Shown here: positions 25,160 through 46,200 of the stretch, in pieces
Position numbering within the stretch: position 1 is the first letter of the stretch
How the letters are laid out: every line of letters begins with the position of its first letter
Origin: Antechinus flavipes
Taxonomy: Eukaryota
Direction of reading: 5' to 3'
Length of the DNA: 64,000 nucleotides
Assembly (NCBI RefSeq): GCF_016432865.1
Contig: NC_067400.1
Coordinates: forward strand, 614,110,001-614,174,000
Translations under genes and position numbers: made by a program
Notes under the pieces: generated by a model
Seen by the model: the letters and a program-made list of their open reading frames with translations, nothing else
Told to the model about the DNA's origin: nothing
Databases searched by the model: none

Positions 25160-26163
25160 GAAATAAACCAATCAGAAGGTGGGGGTGTGACTAGGCTAGA
25201 AGGGTGGAGCCATAAGGGCAGAGATTTAGGGTTGGAAGAACGGACTACTCAATGGGGCATGTTAAAGTAGGCGGGGCCCAGTGGGAACGGACCAATCAGA
25301 TCACGAAGCAGGGTCGCCATCACTCAACAAAAAGCCTCTTGGGAATCACCGAGCCAATCAGAAAAATCCCTAGGTGAGAGGCGGCTTCTCTTGACAGGAC
25401 TCGGGGTTCAGCGATGATTCTGGATCAGTCGTCACGGGGGGGTGGGGCGATGCCCTTTTCCGTGCTCTCGTCGCCGCTGCTGGTCTCTTCCCGTGCCCTC
25501 TGCGCTAGTCCCGGTCCCGTGCTCACTCCTTTCCTATCCCTCTCGGCTTCGACTGCCGAGTCCTTTCCTTTCCGCCAATCCCTTGCCGTCCACTTGACCC
25601 TTTGAATTCATTCCTACTCTATCCCGGACCGCGGCAGGTCCCTCCTCCTGCGCTCCAAATGCTGTCTCTTCCTGGGGCCCCGCCTTCTATCCCATAGCCC
25701 ACCTTCTTCCTTCTCCTGACCAATCGTGGGCTCAGATTGCCAAGCCCCGCCCCACTCCGGCCTCCAATCCTTCCTTGCTGGCTCAACCAATCCACGGTCT
25801 CCTCCTCCCTCTTTCCGAAGCCAGGACTAATCGAGCTACTGGATCAGGCCCCTGCCTACTTTCTCTAGTCCCTTTCTGCTGGTCGTCCCCCGCATCCTCG
25901 CTCCCCGGCGCTGGCCTCAGAACCAATCCCTTGCTCGGGTCGCGGCTCCGCCTCCTCCAGGAGGGGGCGTGTCCTCGGAGGCCGCAGCGGGACCGGGACC
26001 GCGGCTGAGAGCCGGAAGGAGGAGGAGGAGGAGGAGGAGGAGGAGGAGAAGGCGGTGTCGGGAGGTTGGGGGGGCGGAGCCCGAGCCCGAGCCGGAGCCG
26101 GAGCCGAAGCCGGAACCGGAACCGGAGCCGGTGCCAGAGCCGCCGCGGCCGCCGCGGCTAGAC
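25160..26163 (+). promoter_or_regulatory. RAB4B promoter/5'UTR CpG island with a CCAAT array
   Basis: Eight plus-strand CCAAT (25168, 25292, 25354, 25575, 25720, 25764, 25787, 25923), GC boxes at ~25270 and ~25745, (GGA)n run 26017-26048. Confidence 0.75.
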
Positions 26164-29337
<3,174 letters not shown>

Positions 29338-31399
29338 CTTTCCTCTCTCCCTTGTGGCTTGGAGGGCTGGACATCCGCCCCCACTCCGGGATGCCAGAGA
29401 GAAGCTGTGGATCGGGGCCCGGGGACCAGCTACGTCCAGCTCCTTTCCCCCATTCAGTTCCCTTTCCTTGCCTGATCTGGCCCGTGGCCCTCCCCCTCCC
29501 ATTCTGCCCCAGTTTCTCTGAGAGGGCATTAAACACAGAGTGGGCTCCCTCTGCACTCCGGGGGGGCCTGGGAGGGACCCCCGTCTGAGCCATTGGGGGT
29601 GGAGCTGAGGGAATGCCCCCTCCCCCCATCTACAACCCTGAGCCTTGGAGTAGCTACACCTGGCTTGTTACCAACCTTATGACCTTTTCCATTATCGAAA
29701 CTCTAGGACCAGGGGCTTGAGTCCCCACCAGTCTCTATCCTCCCAGAACCCCAAGGGCCCTGCTGACCCATGTAAATGGTATTTATTAGTCTGGGGGGGC
29801 ATTAGGTGGGGAGGGGACCATCACAAGTCAGTTTCCACATACACACACGCCACGCGCACACACTATATATTGATATATAAAACGATGTGTTGTTTTTTTT
29901 CAGCTGTCTGAGTTTCTTTAGTCTTGGGGTCAAAGAAATTCCGGACAAGGGGCGGGAATTCTAGAATGACAATTTCGGGGTGTAGGATGTGGCAGCTTGC
30001 AAAGGCTGGCATGGGGACTGCCCTAGGTCCTGGCTGGGGTGGACTGGCCTGGGTGGGGTCTGAAGCCTGGGAGATGAATTGGTTGGGGTGGAGTGGGGGG
30101 CCTAGGTCAGGGATGAGGTTTGGGAGGGCGGGGCCTGGGCTGGGTCCCAGGCCAGAGAGGGGACTGTGAAAGGGGAGAGGTGGTTGGTTGGATGGGTAGG
30201 GGTCAGGGATTAGGTTGGAGAATTGAGGGGGGAGAGGGGGGAGAGAAAAGGAGGTTGGGTCTGCAGTTGGAGGTCCCTAATGGAGACTGGGATAAAGGGC
30301 AGGTGGGAGTCTGGGGGTGGGGGCTGGGGTTCCCTACTCCCTCCCTCTGAGACATGACTCATACCTTGCCTTGTTTTAGGAGGCCCCATCAGCTCAGGAG
30401 AGAATTCCCTCCGTGGCGTGGGGGATGGGGAAGAGAGGGACGAGTGGTGTCCTTCCGTCCCCTCCCTGGGGTTCCCCGAACACATCTCGGCCCCTACAAT
30501 CCAAGCATCCGGGCCTGGGCAGTTCCTGGAAGGCTCCCAGCCCCCTTCCACCTGTTCTGGGTGGGGGGAGGGGAGGGAGCATGGAATGTGCCCTGGCCCC
30601 TCCTGGCCCCTCGGCTGCCTGGGTCACGTACCCCACGTCCCAGGCCCTGCGGGGCAGCCTTGCCAGGGAAGGGGGTGAGTGGAGGGCACAGGAGGGGGTA
30701 TTTATAGAGTCCTGCAAATCCCCCTTCCAGGGATAGCAAGCTGACATCCCCGTCCCCCAGCCCCGGGATTGCCTCCAGTCTCCCTGCAGCTACGGACCTG
30801 CCCTGGCCCAGAGCGGGAGCCCCTGAGGGCAGGGACCCTGCTTCGGTGCGTCCCCGAATGCGCCTGGCGCACTCGTAGCTGCTAAGTCAATGCTCGGGAA
30901 CTATTCCCTCGGACCCTTCCAGCTCCAGTTCCGGTGGGAAATGTTCGGGGGGGAGGGGAGGGGAGAACCCTGGGCAGTATCCGGGCCAGGGCCCTAAAAC
31001 TGGGCAGAGGGGGGATCGGGCCCCCCCTGGGAGAGCGCTGCATTGGAGGAGGGGAGGTGTCTGTGGTCCCAGCACTACTTTGGGTCCCCTCAGGCTGATC
31101 CTTTCGCCTCTCGGCCTCAGTTTCCTCATCGGTAAAAATGGGGGCTTGGACGAGCTGACTTCTGGGATTTCTTTCCAGCTGGAAATCTGGAACCCCGTGA
31201 AGAAGGCACTGGGGGGGGGGGGGGGGAACAAGGGGAGGGGGGAGCGAAAAGACGCGGGGGAGGGGCCACGGGGATTGTAGGTGTAGCGATCGTAGGGGAC
31301 AACGGAGGGAGGAGCCACGGGGGGTACGGGGAGGGGAGACGCTGGGGGGCGTCATGCGGGACGAGGTGGGGTGAACCGCTGTGGAGAGCGGCCACAGAC

Positions 31400-31773
31400 G
31401 GGGCAAGGATCACTGCGGGGAGCAGCAGATGGAGGGAACACTACGTGGGGGTCGCTAGGGATATCTGGGGCAGGGAGAGGGAGACACGGGGAAGCTTCTC
31501 TGGGGACCGGGGCTGGAGAGTGACCGAAAAAACAGCCCCGGGAGGAGTCCTTGGGGGAGGGGCCTGGACTCGCAGCCCCCTCCCCTCCCCACCCCGTCCG
31601 GTTCGTGCGCACGCGCACCCCCTCCTCCCCTCCCCCGCCGGCTCCACGCGGTCACGTGCAGGGGCGGGCCCCCGGGGCGGGGCCTGGGGGCGGCCGGGGG
31701 CGGGGGATGGCGCGCGGCGCTGCGCGGGGCGGCTGGCACAGGCGGCGGCGCCGGGGCCGGAGGAAAAACCCCG
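31400..31773 (+). promoter_or_regulatory. EGLN2: EGLN2 promoter and non-coding first exon
   Basis: CpG island, GTCACGTG ~31651, GC boxes; strong donor CCG|GTGAGT at 31773/31774. TSS not determinable. Confidence 0.65.
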
Positions 31774-31959
31774 GTGAGTGGGGGGGAGGGGGGCGCCGGG
31801 GGCGGGGGACGGGCGGGACGGCCGTTGGGGGAGGTGAGGGGCTCGCGCTGTCCCCCCCAGCTCTCCCCACCCCCAACCGCTGCCGTATCGGCTCTGCCCC
31901 GCGGGGAGGGGGGGGGAAGGGGGCTGGGGGGGGCGCTCACCTGGCTCGTCTCCCTCCTG

Positions 31960-33640
31960 CACTGCCCTGGGTCCTCCTTGCACCCCCGCGCCCCCCCGCC
32001 CCTCTCCCCGTTCAGAGTCCTCTTTCCTCTCCCTCGTTCCCAGCTCTGGCTTCCCCGTCTCTTCCCCTCTCGAGCCTCCAGGAACTCTCCCCTCCTCTCC
32101 TCCCACCTCTGGGTCCTTCCTCCCCTCCCCCATCCACACCCCAAGCCTCTTCCCCTCCCCCTCTGCCACCTCTGGGTCCTCCGTCCCCTCCCCCACCCAC
32201 TCCCCAGGTCCCTTCCTTTCCCCCTCTGCCACCTCTGGGTCCCACCTCCCCTCCCCCACCCACTCCCCAGGTCCCTTCCTCTCCCCCTCTGTCACCCCTG
32301 CGTCCTTTCTCCCCTTTCCCACTGACTCCCCAGACCCCGTCTTCTTTCCCTCTGCCACTTTGGCGACTTCTCTCCCCTCCCCCACCGACCCCTTTGACCC
32401 CTTCTCCCCCCCTCCGCCGTCTCTGCGTCCCCTCTCCCCTCCCCCACCGCCCCCCCAGATCCCTTCTCCCGCTCTGCCCGGTCTCTCCCCTCCCCGATCG
32501 GTGCCCCGGGACCTTCCTCTGCCCTTACCTTTTCCTCCCCCCCAGGCTGCCGCTGCTCCTGCGGACCCACTTCTGGCTTCACCTTCCCTTTCCTCCTCAC
32601 CTCGGGCCCCTTCTTCACCCCTTCTGCTCCTGACCCCCCATTCCTCCATCCCCGCCTCCTCCCCTCTGCTCCCCTCCCCTCTCTGCCCCCTCTTTTCTGC
32701 TTCTTGGTCCCTCTTCTCCCTCACCTGCCCCCCACTCTTTCTCTCCGCTCCCCCTCTCTTTCCTGGACCTCTTCTCGCCTCTTCCCTCCCCTCCTCCAGC
32801 CCCTTCCTGCCCTCTGACCTCCCCGACGCCCTCGGGTCCCTCCTGTGCCCCCTGCCCAGCAGTGACCTCTCCCGGTTGGCCCCTTCCCGCCCCTCGGGCC
32901 CTGCTTCCTCCCGCTGACTTCCCACTGCCGGGTGTCCTCTCCCCCAGGCAGCCCCTTCCCCCTCTGCCCCCGGGCTTCTTGCCCTCCCTCCCTGCTGGTC
33001 CAGGAGCGCCCCCTTTTCCCTGCTGCCGCCCGGGCCGCAGCCCCTTCCATCCCCCTCCTGCGGGCCCTCTTGGTCCCCCACCTTTTCCTGGATTCCACGG
33101 CCCGGCTTCCATCCCCAGCGCCCTCCTCCCCCGGGCCGGCCTGCCCTCCTCCTTCCCCGCTGGCCTTCTTGGATCCCTTGTCGGTCTCTCCGTCAGTGCT
33201 CCCCCCTCCCCTCACCCCTCTGCGCCCCTGTTCTTCTCTGGCCCCCACTCTTGGGGCTAGGGGCCAGTCCTTCCCCTTCCTCAAGACCCTCTCCCTCTTC
33301 CCCCTTGTCTCACCAAGCTCCCCCCCCCCCCATCTCCCTCCTGTACTGCCCACCTCCAGCAGTCCCTCTGCCCCCTTTCCTCTCCGGCGTGGGGTCTTCC
33401 TTCGCTCCCCTTTCCCACCCCCCTGGACCTCCCAGACCCCGGCTCTTGCTCTCCGGCCAAGGTCCTGCTTCCTCTCCCCCCTCATTTCGCCAAGTCCCTT
33501 TGCCCCGCCCCTCCCCTGCCCCGGGATCCCCTTTCCCCATCGGCCCCCCCTTTCCTCTTTGGGCCTTGAGCCGCCCCCTGCGCCCGCCCCCCTGCCCCCC
33601 GCCAGGCGGTTCTGGCCCTCACGCTCCCTGTCTCTCTCCA
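31960..33640. repeat. Extremely pyrimidine-rich tract in EGLN2 intron 1, including a ~57-bp tandem repeat at ~32085-32300
   Basis: Plus strand almost only C/T; CCCCCTCTGCCACCTCTGGGTCC..CCCACTCCCCAGGTCCCTTCC recurs 3-4 times. Confidence 0.85.
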
Positions 33641-33728
33641 GCCCCCGCAGGCCACCTCCTGGGCTCCTTGCTGCCTCTCAGAGTCCCGGGGACCTCGGGG
33701 AATCATGGGCCGCGCTCCCGGGCTATGA

Positions 33729-39526
<5,798 letters not shown>

Positions 39527-40028
39527 GGAAGAGGCTCCGAAGGGGTCGCTCCCCTCGCCCTGTGCTGCTCTGCTGGCCCCGGCCGCTCCCTCTCCTGCTG
39601 CTTCTGCCTTTGCCTGCCTGCCTTCCCCCTCCCCGTGTGGGCGGAGGGGTTACTGCCAGCCCTTGCGAGGAGCAGCAGTGCCTACCTCCTGGCACAACAG
39701 GAGCTGGGCAGGGAGAGGCAGCGCCCGGGCCCGCGGGCCGGTTCCCCTTCCCCCGGCTCCGCGAGGCGGGAGCCTCCATGGACTTGCCCCCCAGTGGGCC
39801 CTGCCCTGGCACTGCCCCTCTAACCAGGATACAAGATTGGATCGTTGGGGGTGGGGAGGGTCATGGCCTCTTGCTGGCAAGGGGGGATGGGGGACTCCTG
39901 CCCCCCTCTTCCAGCCTGGAATGTGAAGTGTCCCCCCCACCTTGGCCCTGGCCTCCCCTCGACTGAGCCTCCTGTGGGGGTAGGGGTGCTCAGCGGAGCC
40001 TTGGCTGCAGACTTGCCGCCCGCCCCCA

Positions 40029-40034
40029 AATAAA
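40029..40034 (+). terminator. EGLN2 polyadenylation signal
   Basis: AATAAA about 500 nt after the stop. Confidence 0.75.
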
Positions 40035-40145
40035 GTTTACCTCAGAGCCCACTGCCTCTTGTCGCCTTTTGTCGGCCCCTCCCCACCCCGCCCGCCCCCT
40101 CTCCCCAATAAGCTGATCACACAGATGTGCCTTTTGGGTGGGGGG

Positions 40146-40151
40146 TTTATT
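40146..40151 (-). terminator. CYP2T-like gene polyadenylation signal
   Basis: TTTATT on + (AATAAA on -), about 60 nt after the TGA at 40212-40210. Confidence 0.65.
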
Positions 40152-40209
40152 GGACAGAAGACAAAGGTAAGGAGTGGGAGGGATCGCAGGTGTCCCCTTG
40201 GGCAGGAGC

Positions 40210-43200
40210 TCAGCGGGCCAGCACGCGGAGCTCGTAGGGTGGGGGCCCGTTGCCTAGGGCTGTGTACTGAGGAGTCAGGTCTATGTCCTCCGGCTTCTCC
40301 ATTGGGGTCAGTTTGAAACGCTGGAGGATGGTGGTGAGGAAGAGGAAGATCTCCATCCGGGCCAGGCCTGCCCCAAGGCACATGCGCTTCCCTGCACGGA
40401 GAGCAGAGCCTGTCAGGGGCCGCTGGGGAAGGTCTGCGCCGGGGCCCCCTTCCCCCCTCCTGCCCCCGCCTCTAACCCTGCCCCGGCGCCCTTACCTGTA
40501 GCGAAGGGCATGAAAGCCTTGTTTGCTCGGAAGGCCCCTTTCTCATCCAGGAAGTTGGTTGGGTCAAAACATTGTGGGTCCTTGAACTGGATTGAGTCCC
40601 GGTATGCGGAGACAAACAGTGGGATGATGTGGGTGCCCTGATGGAGCGGGAAGACAAGTTAGCGCGGGGACCTCCTCCGGCGCAGCCTCCGACGCCCTTC
40701 CCCCTCCCTCCCAGCACGGGAGCCCCCATTGCCTCCCACGCTCCCCCTCCCGGTCCTCGGTCCGGCCGTCCTCACTGACCAGCGTCCCTCTCGGCCACTA
40801 AGCTTGGCGAGCGCGGCCTGTTCTATGCAGTCCCTCCTCCTGACCTCGGGCTCGCTTTCAGCCACTGCAGACTCTGCCATCTCCGCTGTCGGGTCTGCCC
40901 CGTTTGCCTCCCTGTCCGGTCCCTACGCTCCCTCCTGCCCTTCGGATCGCTCCTGGGATTTCTCCGGCCGCCACGGCCCCGAGCGGCTCAGCGCCTTCCA
41001 CCCTCACTGGCTCGTCTGATCTCACCAGGGCCGTTGGGCAGAGGAGGAAGCGGGGGCACAGCGGGGGTTCCACGGCCCCAGCTCCCAGATCTGGGTTTCT
41101 AGCTCCAAACGGGGCCATCGAGGCCGTCACCATCGTCTCCCCCCAACCCGCGGGCAGCCTTGTATTGGCCTGGAAGTGATTCCCCCTCTCCTGCGCTCCA
41201 CGGGAGCCAGATACAAGCGTTAAGGCGGCTGTCCCGCGAGCGAGGCCCTGTGGGAGGCACTGGCCGGGGGTCTGAGGGGGAGGCGGAGAAAACTTGCAGC
41301 AGGTGGCTCTGAATGACTGAATCCCAGACTGGCCAGTCGGGTGGGAGGGGGCCAAAAGCCGGCCCCACATACCACCCAGTCTGCTGCCGACTACCAGGCT
41401 CCCAGTGACAATCAGCAGGGAAACTGGCTATCGTGCTCTAGGAGAGGGGTGAGCATGGCCTTCAAGAGCCCAAGAGAACCCTTGATCCTGGAGATAATAG
41501 GAGCCACTGGGATTTATTGAGGGGTGGGAGTCAGACCTGTGCTTGGGAAAATCACTTTGGCAGTCGGAGGGTGGCCTGGAGTGGGGAAGAGAGACCCCCT
41601 GGGCGGGGGGGGGATCCGATGTATAGTACTATGCAGTGGTCCAAATGAGGTGATGAAGGGTTGGCTATGTCAGTGCAGGAGAGGAGAAAAGATGGCAACA
41701 GACGGCAGTGTTTTGGTCAAGTGAGTTGGATCTAAGAGGGAGCTTTTGAGCCTGGGAGAAGGATGACGTTCTTGACCATTAATGGCAAGTTCAAAAGAAG
41801 GGTCGGGGGAAAAAGTTACCGGTTGAGTTTTGGACTAAGAGGCAGAGTAGCTCAGGAGAGGGGGTGGGGTTGAAGATGGAGCTGTGAAAATGATCTGCAG
41901 ACACACAGTGAATCCCTGGAAACTCCCCCAAGTACTGGAGAAGAGAGGAGGCCCAGGACAGAGCCCTGATGTTGGAGGGTCAGAGGGCATGACCTGGAGG
42001 AGGATCCAGTCAAGGAGACTGGGGGGTCAGAGGAGGAGTAGAAAAGAGTCGGTGTTCGGAAGACTTGGAGAAAGAGGGCTCAGGAAGAGAGGGAGACGCA
42101 GAGCATCAGAAGGCCACAGAGATATCGGGGGATGAGGACGCAGAAAAGGCCGTTGGGTCTGGCCATGAGAACCAAGAGTCATTTTAGAGAGAGTGACTAG
42201 CTGAGTGTTGATGTCAAAAGCCAGATTGTACGGGGTGTCTAACTGAGAACACCAGAGGCGGCACCCGTGGTGTGAGGAGGGAGGAGATGCTGGGTAAGAG
42301 CCTTCAGGTCTGGTGGGCTGCACTCATCACCTCATGCCTCAACTATAGCCTTCTGGTTGGTCTTAAGTCTTTCCCATTCCCGTCTGTCTGACTCGGCCAT
42401 CGAAGTGATCTTCCAAAGTGCAAGTTTGAGTATGTCACTCCTCTGCTCAAGTCTATAAGCGCTAAGGCTGTTCCATGAGCAAGGCAACCCCTAGTAGTTC
42501 CCTCTGGGATCCCATTCAAAATGCTCTTAAACACTTCACAATCCATCCATGTATCTATGTTGTCTATTATCAGTCCATTCATCTATCCACCATTCTATTC
42601 CTCCATCAATCTATCCACTCATCCTATCTAGTCTTTCTATTCATCCATCCATCCATCCCATTCTTCTGTCTCCATTTTCTATTCATCCTATCCATTTTAT
42701 GTTGCTATTCATCTTGTCCATTTTGTCTATTCATCCTATCCATCATTTATCCATTTAATCTTTCCATTCATCCTATCCATTTTAATCTATTCATCCATTT
42801 TATCTTTTTATCCTATCCATCCATTTTGGCTTTCTGTTCATCCTATCCATCTTTCTATTCAATCCATTTTATCTATCTATTCCTTTTAGCTTTCTATCCA
42901 TTTTATCTATATTTCATCTTTCTATTTTATTGTTCTATTCATCCTATCCATTTTATATTTCTATTCATTCTATCTGTTCATTTTATTTATCATCCATTTT
43001 ATTGTTCTATTCATCCTATCTCTCCATTTCATCTCTTTTCATTCTATGCATTTCATCTATATCCAATCTTTATTTTTCTATTCATTCTGTGCATCCATTT
43101 TATCTTTCTATTCATCTTACCCATCCATTTCATTTTTCTTTCATCCATTTTATCTATTCTATTTATTTTATTCATTCATTTTCTCTATTGATCCTATATG

Positions 43201-46200
43201 TTCATTTTGTCTATTCATCTTATCCATCTAAATCTTTCTAGTCATCCTATCCATCTATTTTATCTATTTGTTTTATCCATGTTATCTTTCTAAACATCCT
43301 ACTCATCCATTTCATTTTTTTCATCCATTTTATCTATTCTATTCATTTTATTCATCCATTTTATCTATTGATCCTATACATTCATTTTATCTATTCATCC
43401 ATCTAAATCTTTCTAGTCATCCTATCAATCTGTTTTATCTATTCATTCTATCCATTTTATCTTTATTATTCAATCTATCAATTTCATCTAATCATTCTAT
43501 CCATCCCTTTTACCTTTCTATTGATCCTATCCATCCATTTTTTTATCCTACCCATCCATTTTAACCTATTCATCCTAACCATCCTTAAATATCTATTCAT
43601 CCTATCCATTTCATCTATCTTTCTATTCATCCTATTTATCTATTTTAATTTATTCATCCATTTTATCTTTCTATTCATCCTATCCATTTCATCTATTCAT
43701 TTTGTCTTTTCATCCTATTTTATCTTCAGTCTTTCTATTCAGTCTATCTCTATTTCTGTCTCCATGATTGTTTGCAAGTTGTCTCCCCAGTTAGACAAGG
43801 AGATTTCAGTTCTGTTTTTTAAACTAGCTCCAGCACTGACAGTGCCTGGCACTTAAGAGCTTAATCCATGATTGTTGACTGACTGGGCTCCTCCTCCTCC
43901 TGTCAGCCCCCTTTCCCCTGTCCTAATGCATCTTCCCAGTCCTCCATGGATGCTATGGATCCAAAGTGGGCACCTTGGGTAGGAAGCATCCACGGAAATG
44001 GGTGTCCTGAGTCACGGCTCGGGGCAGGCCCATAGGTAAGACGCTGACAAGTCTCTGGATCTCATGCACAACTGCGTTGGTGTAGGGCAGGTGGTCTCTG
44101 TCTTCCAGACGAGGAGCCCTATCCCGACCCACCACACGGTCTATCTCTTCTTGGACTTTTTCTGGGGAAGCAGAGGGAGGGAGAAGGAAGATTGAGACAC
44201 AGTCCTCTCATGCCCCTAGTTCCCCTTTTCGATCCTCGGGTCCCAGGATCCTTTAGCCCAGCCCCCTTTTTATATATAATAAGAGAATTGGTCTGGGATC
44301 CCTCAGGTGCAGAGGGCTGGGGGGGCCTTGGACTCCTCGGGCACCACGTTGCCTTTTCTAATTGTGGCAGAGCGCGCCAGGAAGCTCCCCGGGGCAGCCT
44401 CCTCCTACCCACGAGGGGCCCCTGCAGGAGAAGGTACCCACTTGTCACTTCAGGATACTTCAGCAAAATCAGCAGTCCATAGCGAAGGGTATTACTTGTG
44501 GTCTCTGTGCCCCCAAAGAAGAGATTATGGGTTGTCATCACTAGTGAGTCCATGTAGTAGTGACTCCAAGGGTCCTGCTTTTCCTGTGGCAGAAGGAGGA
44601 GGTCGCTGCTTAAGGCTGGAGAGGTGGGGGGGGGGAGGGAGATCAGGCATGGGGAAGGGAAGGGATGGGCGTGGGGCAGGGACCCACCTTCTCTATCTGA
44701 TCAAGGAAACAGTCCACGAAGTCCCTTGGTTCTCCTGACTTCCTACTTTTCTGGTGTTTCCATATGTGATCATAGATGAAGGCCCGCAGCAACTCAAAGT
44801 TATGGAAAATTCGCTGGTGGGGGCCAGGGACCCAGTCCATAACGGACGGGAACATGTTGTACATCTGAAATGAAGGCCGGGAGGAGGAGGGTCAGGGTGG
44901 CAGCCGCGGCAACCGCAGAGAGCCGGCCACGTGGGAGCCAGGACTCCGGCCTCGGTGCCCTCCAAAATGCCCCCTCCCAGTCCCAGCGCCCCCGCCCGGC
45001 TCCTCCGAGCAGGGCTCACCTGGCCCCATTGCGAGCTTATAAGCTTAAAGTTGTCGTTCAGCAAATCCAACAGGGTTTTGAAATCAGGGTCCTCATAGCT
45101 ATAGCGTTGTCCAAACACCACCGCGCAGATGACGTTGGACACAGCATTGCACAGGAGCTGCCGGGGGTTGAATGGAGCCTCTGGAGAAAAAGCGGATAAT
45201 GAAGGCGCCGGGCAGAGCCAGAGCCTGGCCCTGGCTCTGGCCTCCTCCCCTCTGCCTGAGGGTCCCCCCGCCCCCCAGCAGGTCTCAGTGTCTGTCTCTG
45301 CCCTCTCTGGGTGCGGGTCTCACTTGCCCTCAGGCCCTGCCTCTCTCTGGCTTTGTCTGCCTTTTCCCTCCCAGGGCCTCTGCCCCTCTCAGCGTCCGGG
45401 TCTGGATTAGTGTCCTCAAAGTGTAGGCCCCAGACTGGTTGGGGTCCCTGAAACCCTTTCCCAGGGGCTGCAAATTCAGAATCATTTTTATTTCTAATAG
45501 AGTAAATAGCTATAAATATAACCCACGGGAACTAAAACTCTCTGCACAGAGCCTCCACAGGGCTTTTTTTTAACGTGAAGATACTGAGAACAAAGGTTTA
45601 GAACCCCTGGTCTGTGTGTCCGTCCCTGCTTCCCCTCCTGTCAGTTCTGTCTCTGCCGTTATAAGTGTTTCCCCTCTCCGGGTGTCCCTGTCCCACTGTT
45701 TCTCCGCTGTCTCCGGACTCTCCCTGTCCCGAGGCCGGTCACTACCTCGGGCCCATTAAGAACCGACCTTTCTGTAGTGTTCCATATTTCTCCGTCCCCA
45801 GCCTCCCCCCAAGCGTTTCCTTGCCCCATTGCCCCGGTTTGTTCCCCTTCTGGAGGGGAAGGCGGAGCCCTCTGACATCTCCGCTCCCCAATGTTCTTCC
45901 CTTTCGAGTTTCTGGCCCCTCCCCCTTTTCTTGGCGTCTTCATCCAAAAAATGCTGCTTTTGTTTGTGTCTTCCCCTCCCCCCTCCCTCCCCCCCAACAA
46001 TCGTTCGGTAACTTTGCTCTCGAGCGTTTCTCCCCGCCCTTGTCTCTGGGTGTCTCTCCCTGGGTCTGTCTCTCCCTGGGTCTCTGGGTCTCTGTCTCTC
46101 CCTGACTCTCTCGGTCTCTGTCTCTGTCTCTCCCTCGGTCTCTTGTTTCTGTCTCTCCTTCTCTCTGTCTCTCTCTGTCTCTCTCTCTCTCTGTGTCTCT

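Noticed and set aside
42475-43856. Hydrophobic F/I/L/S-rich ORFs resembling membrane proteins
   Set aside because: Translations of the TCCA/TCTA array.
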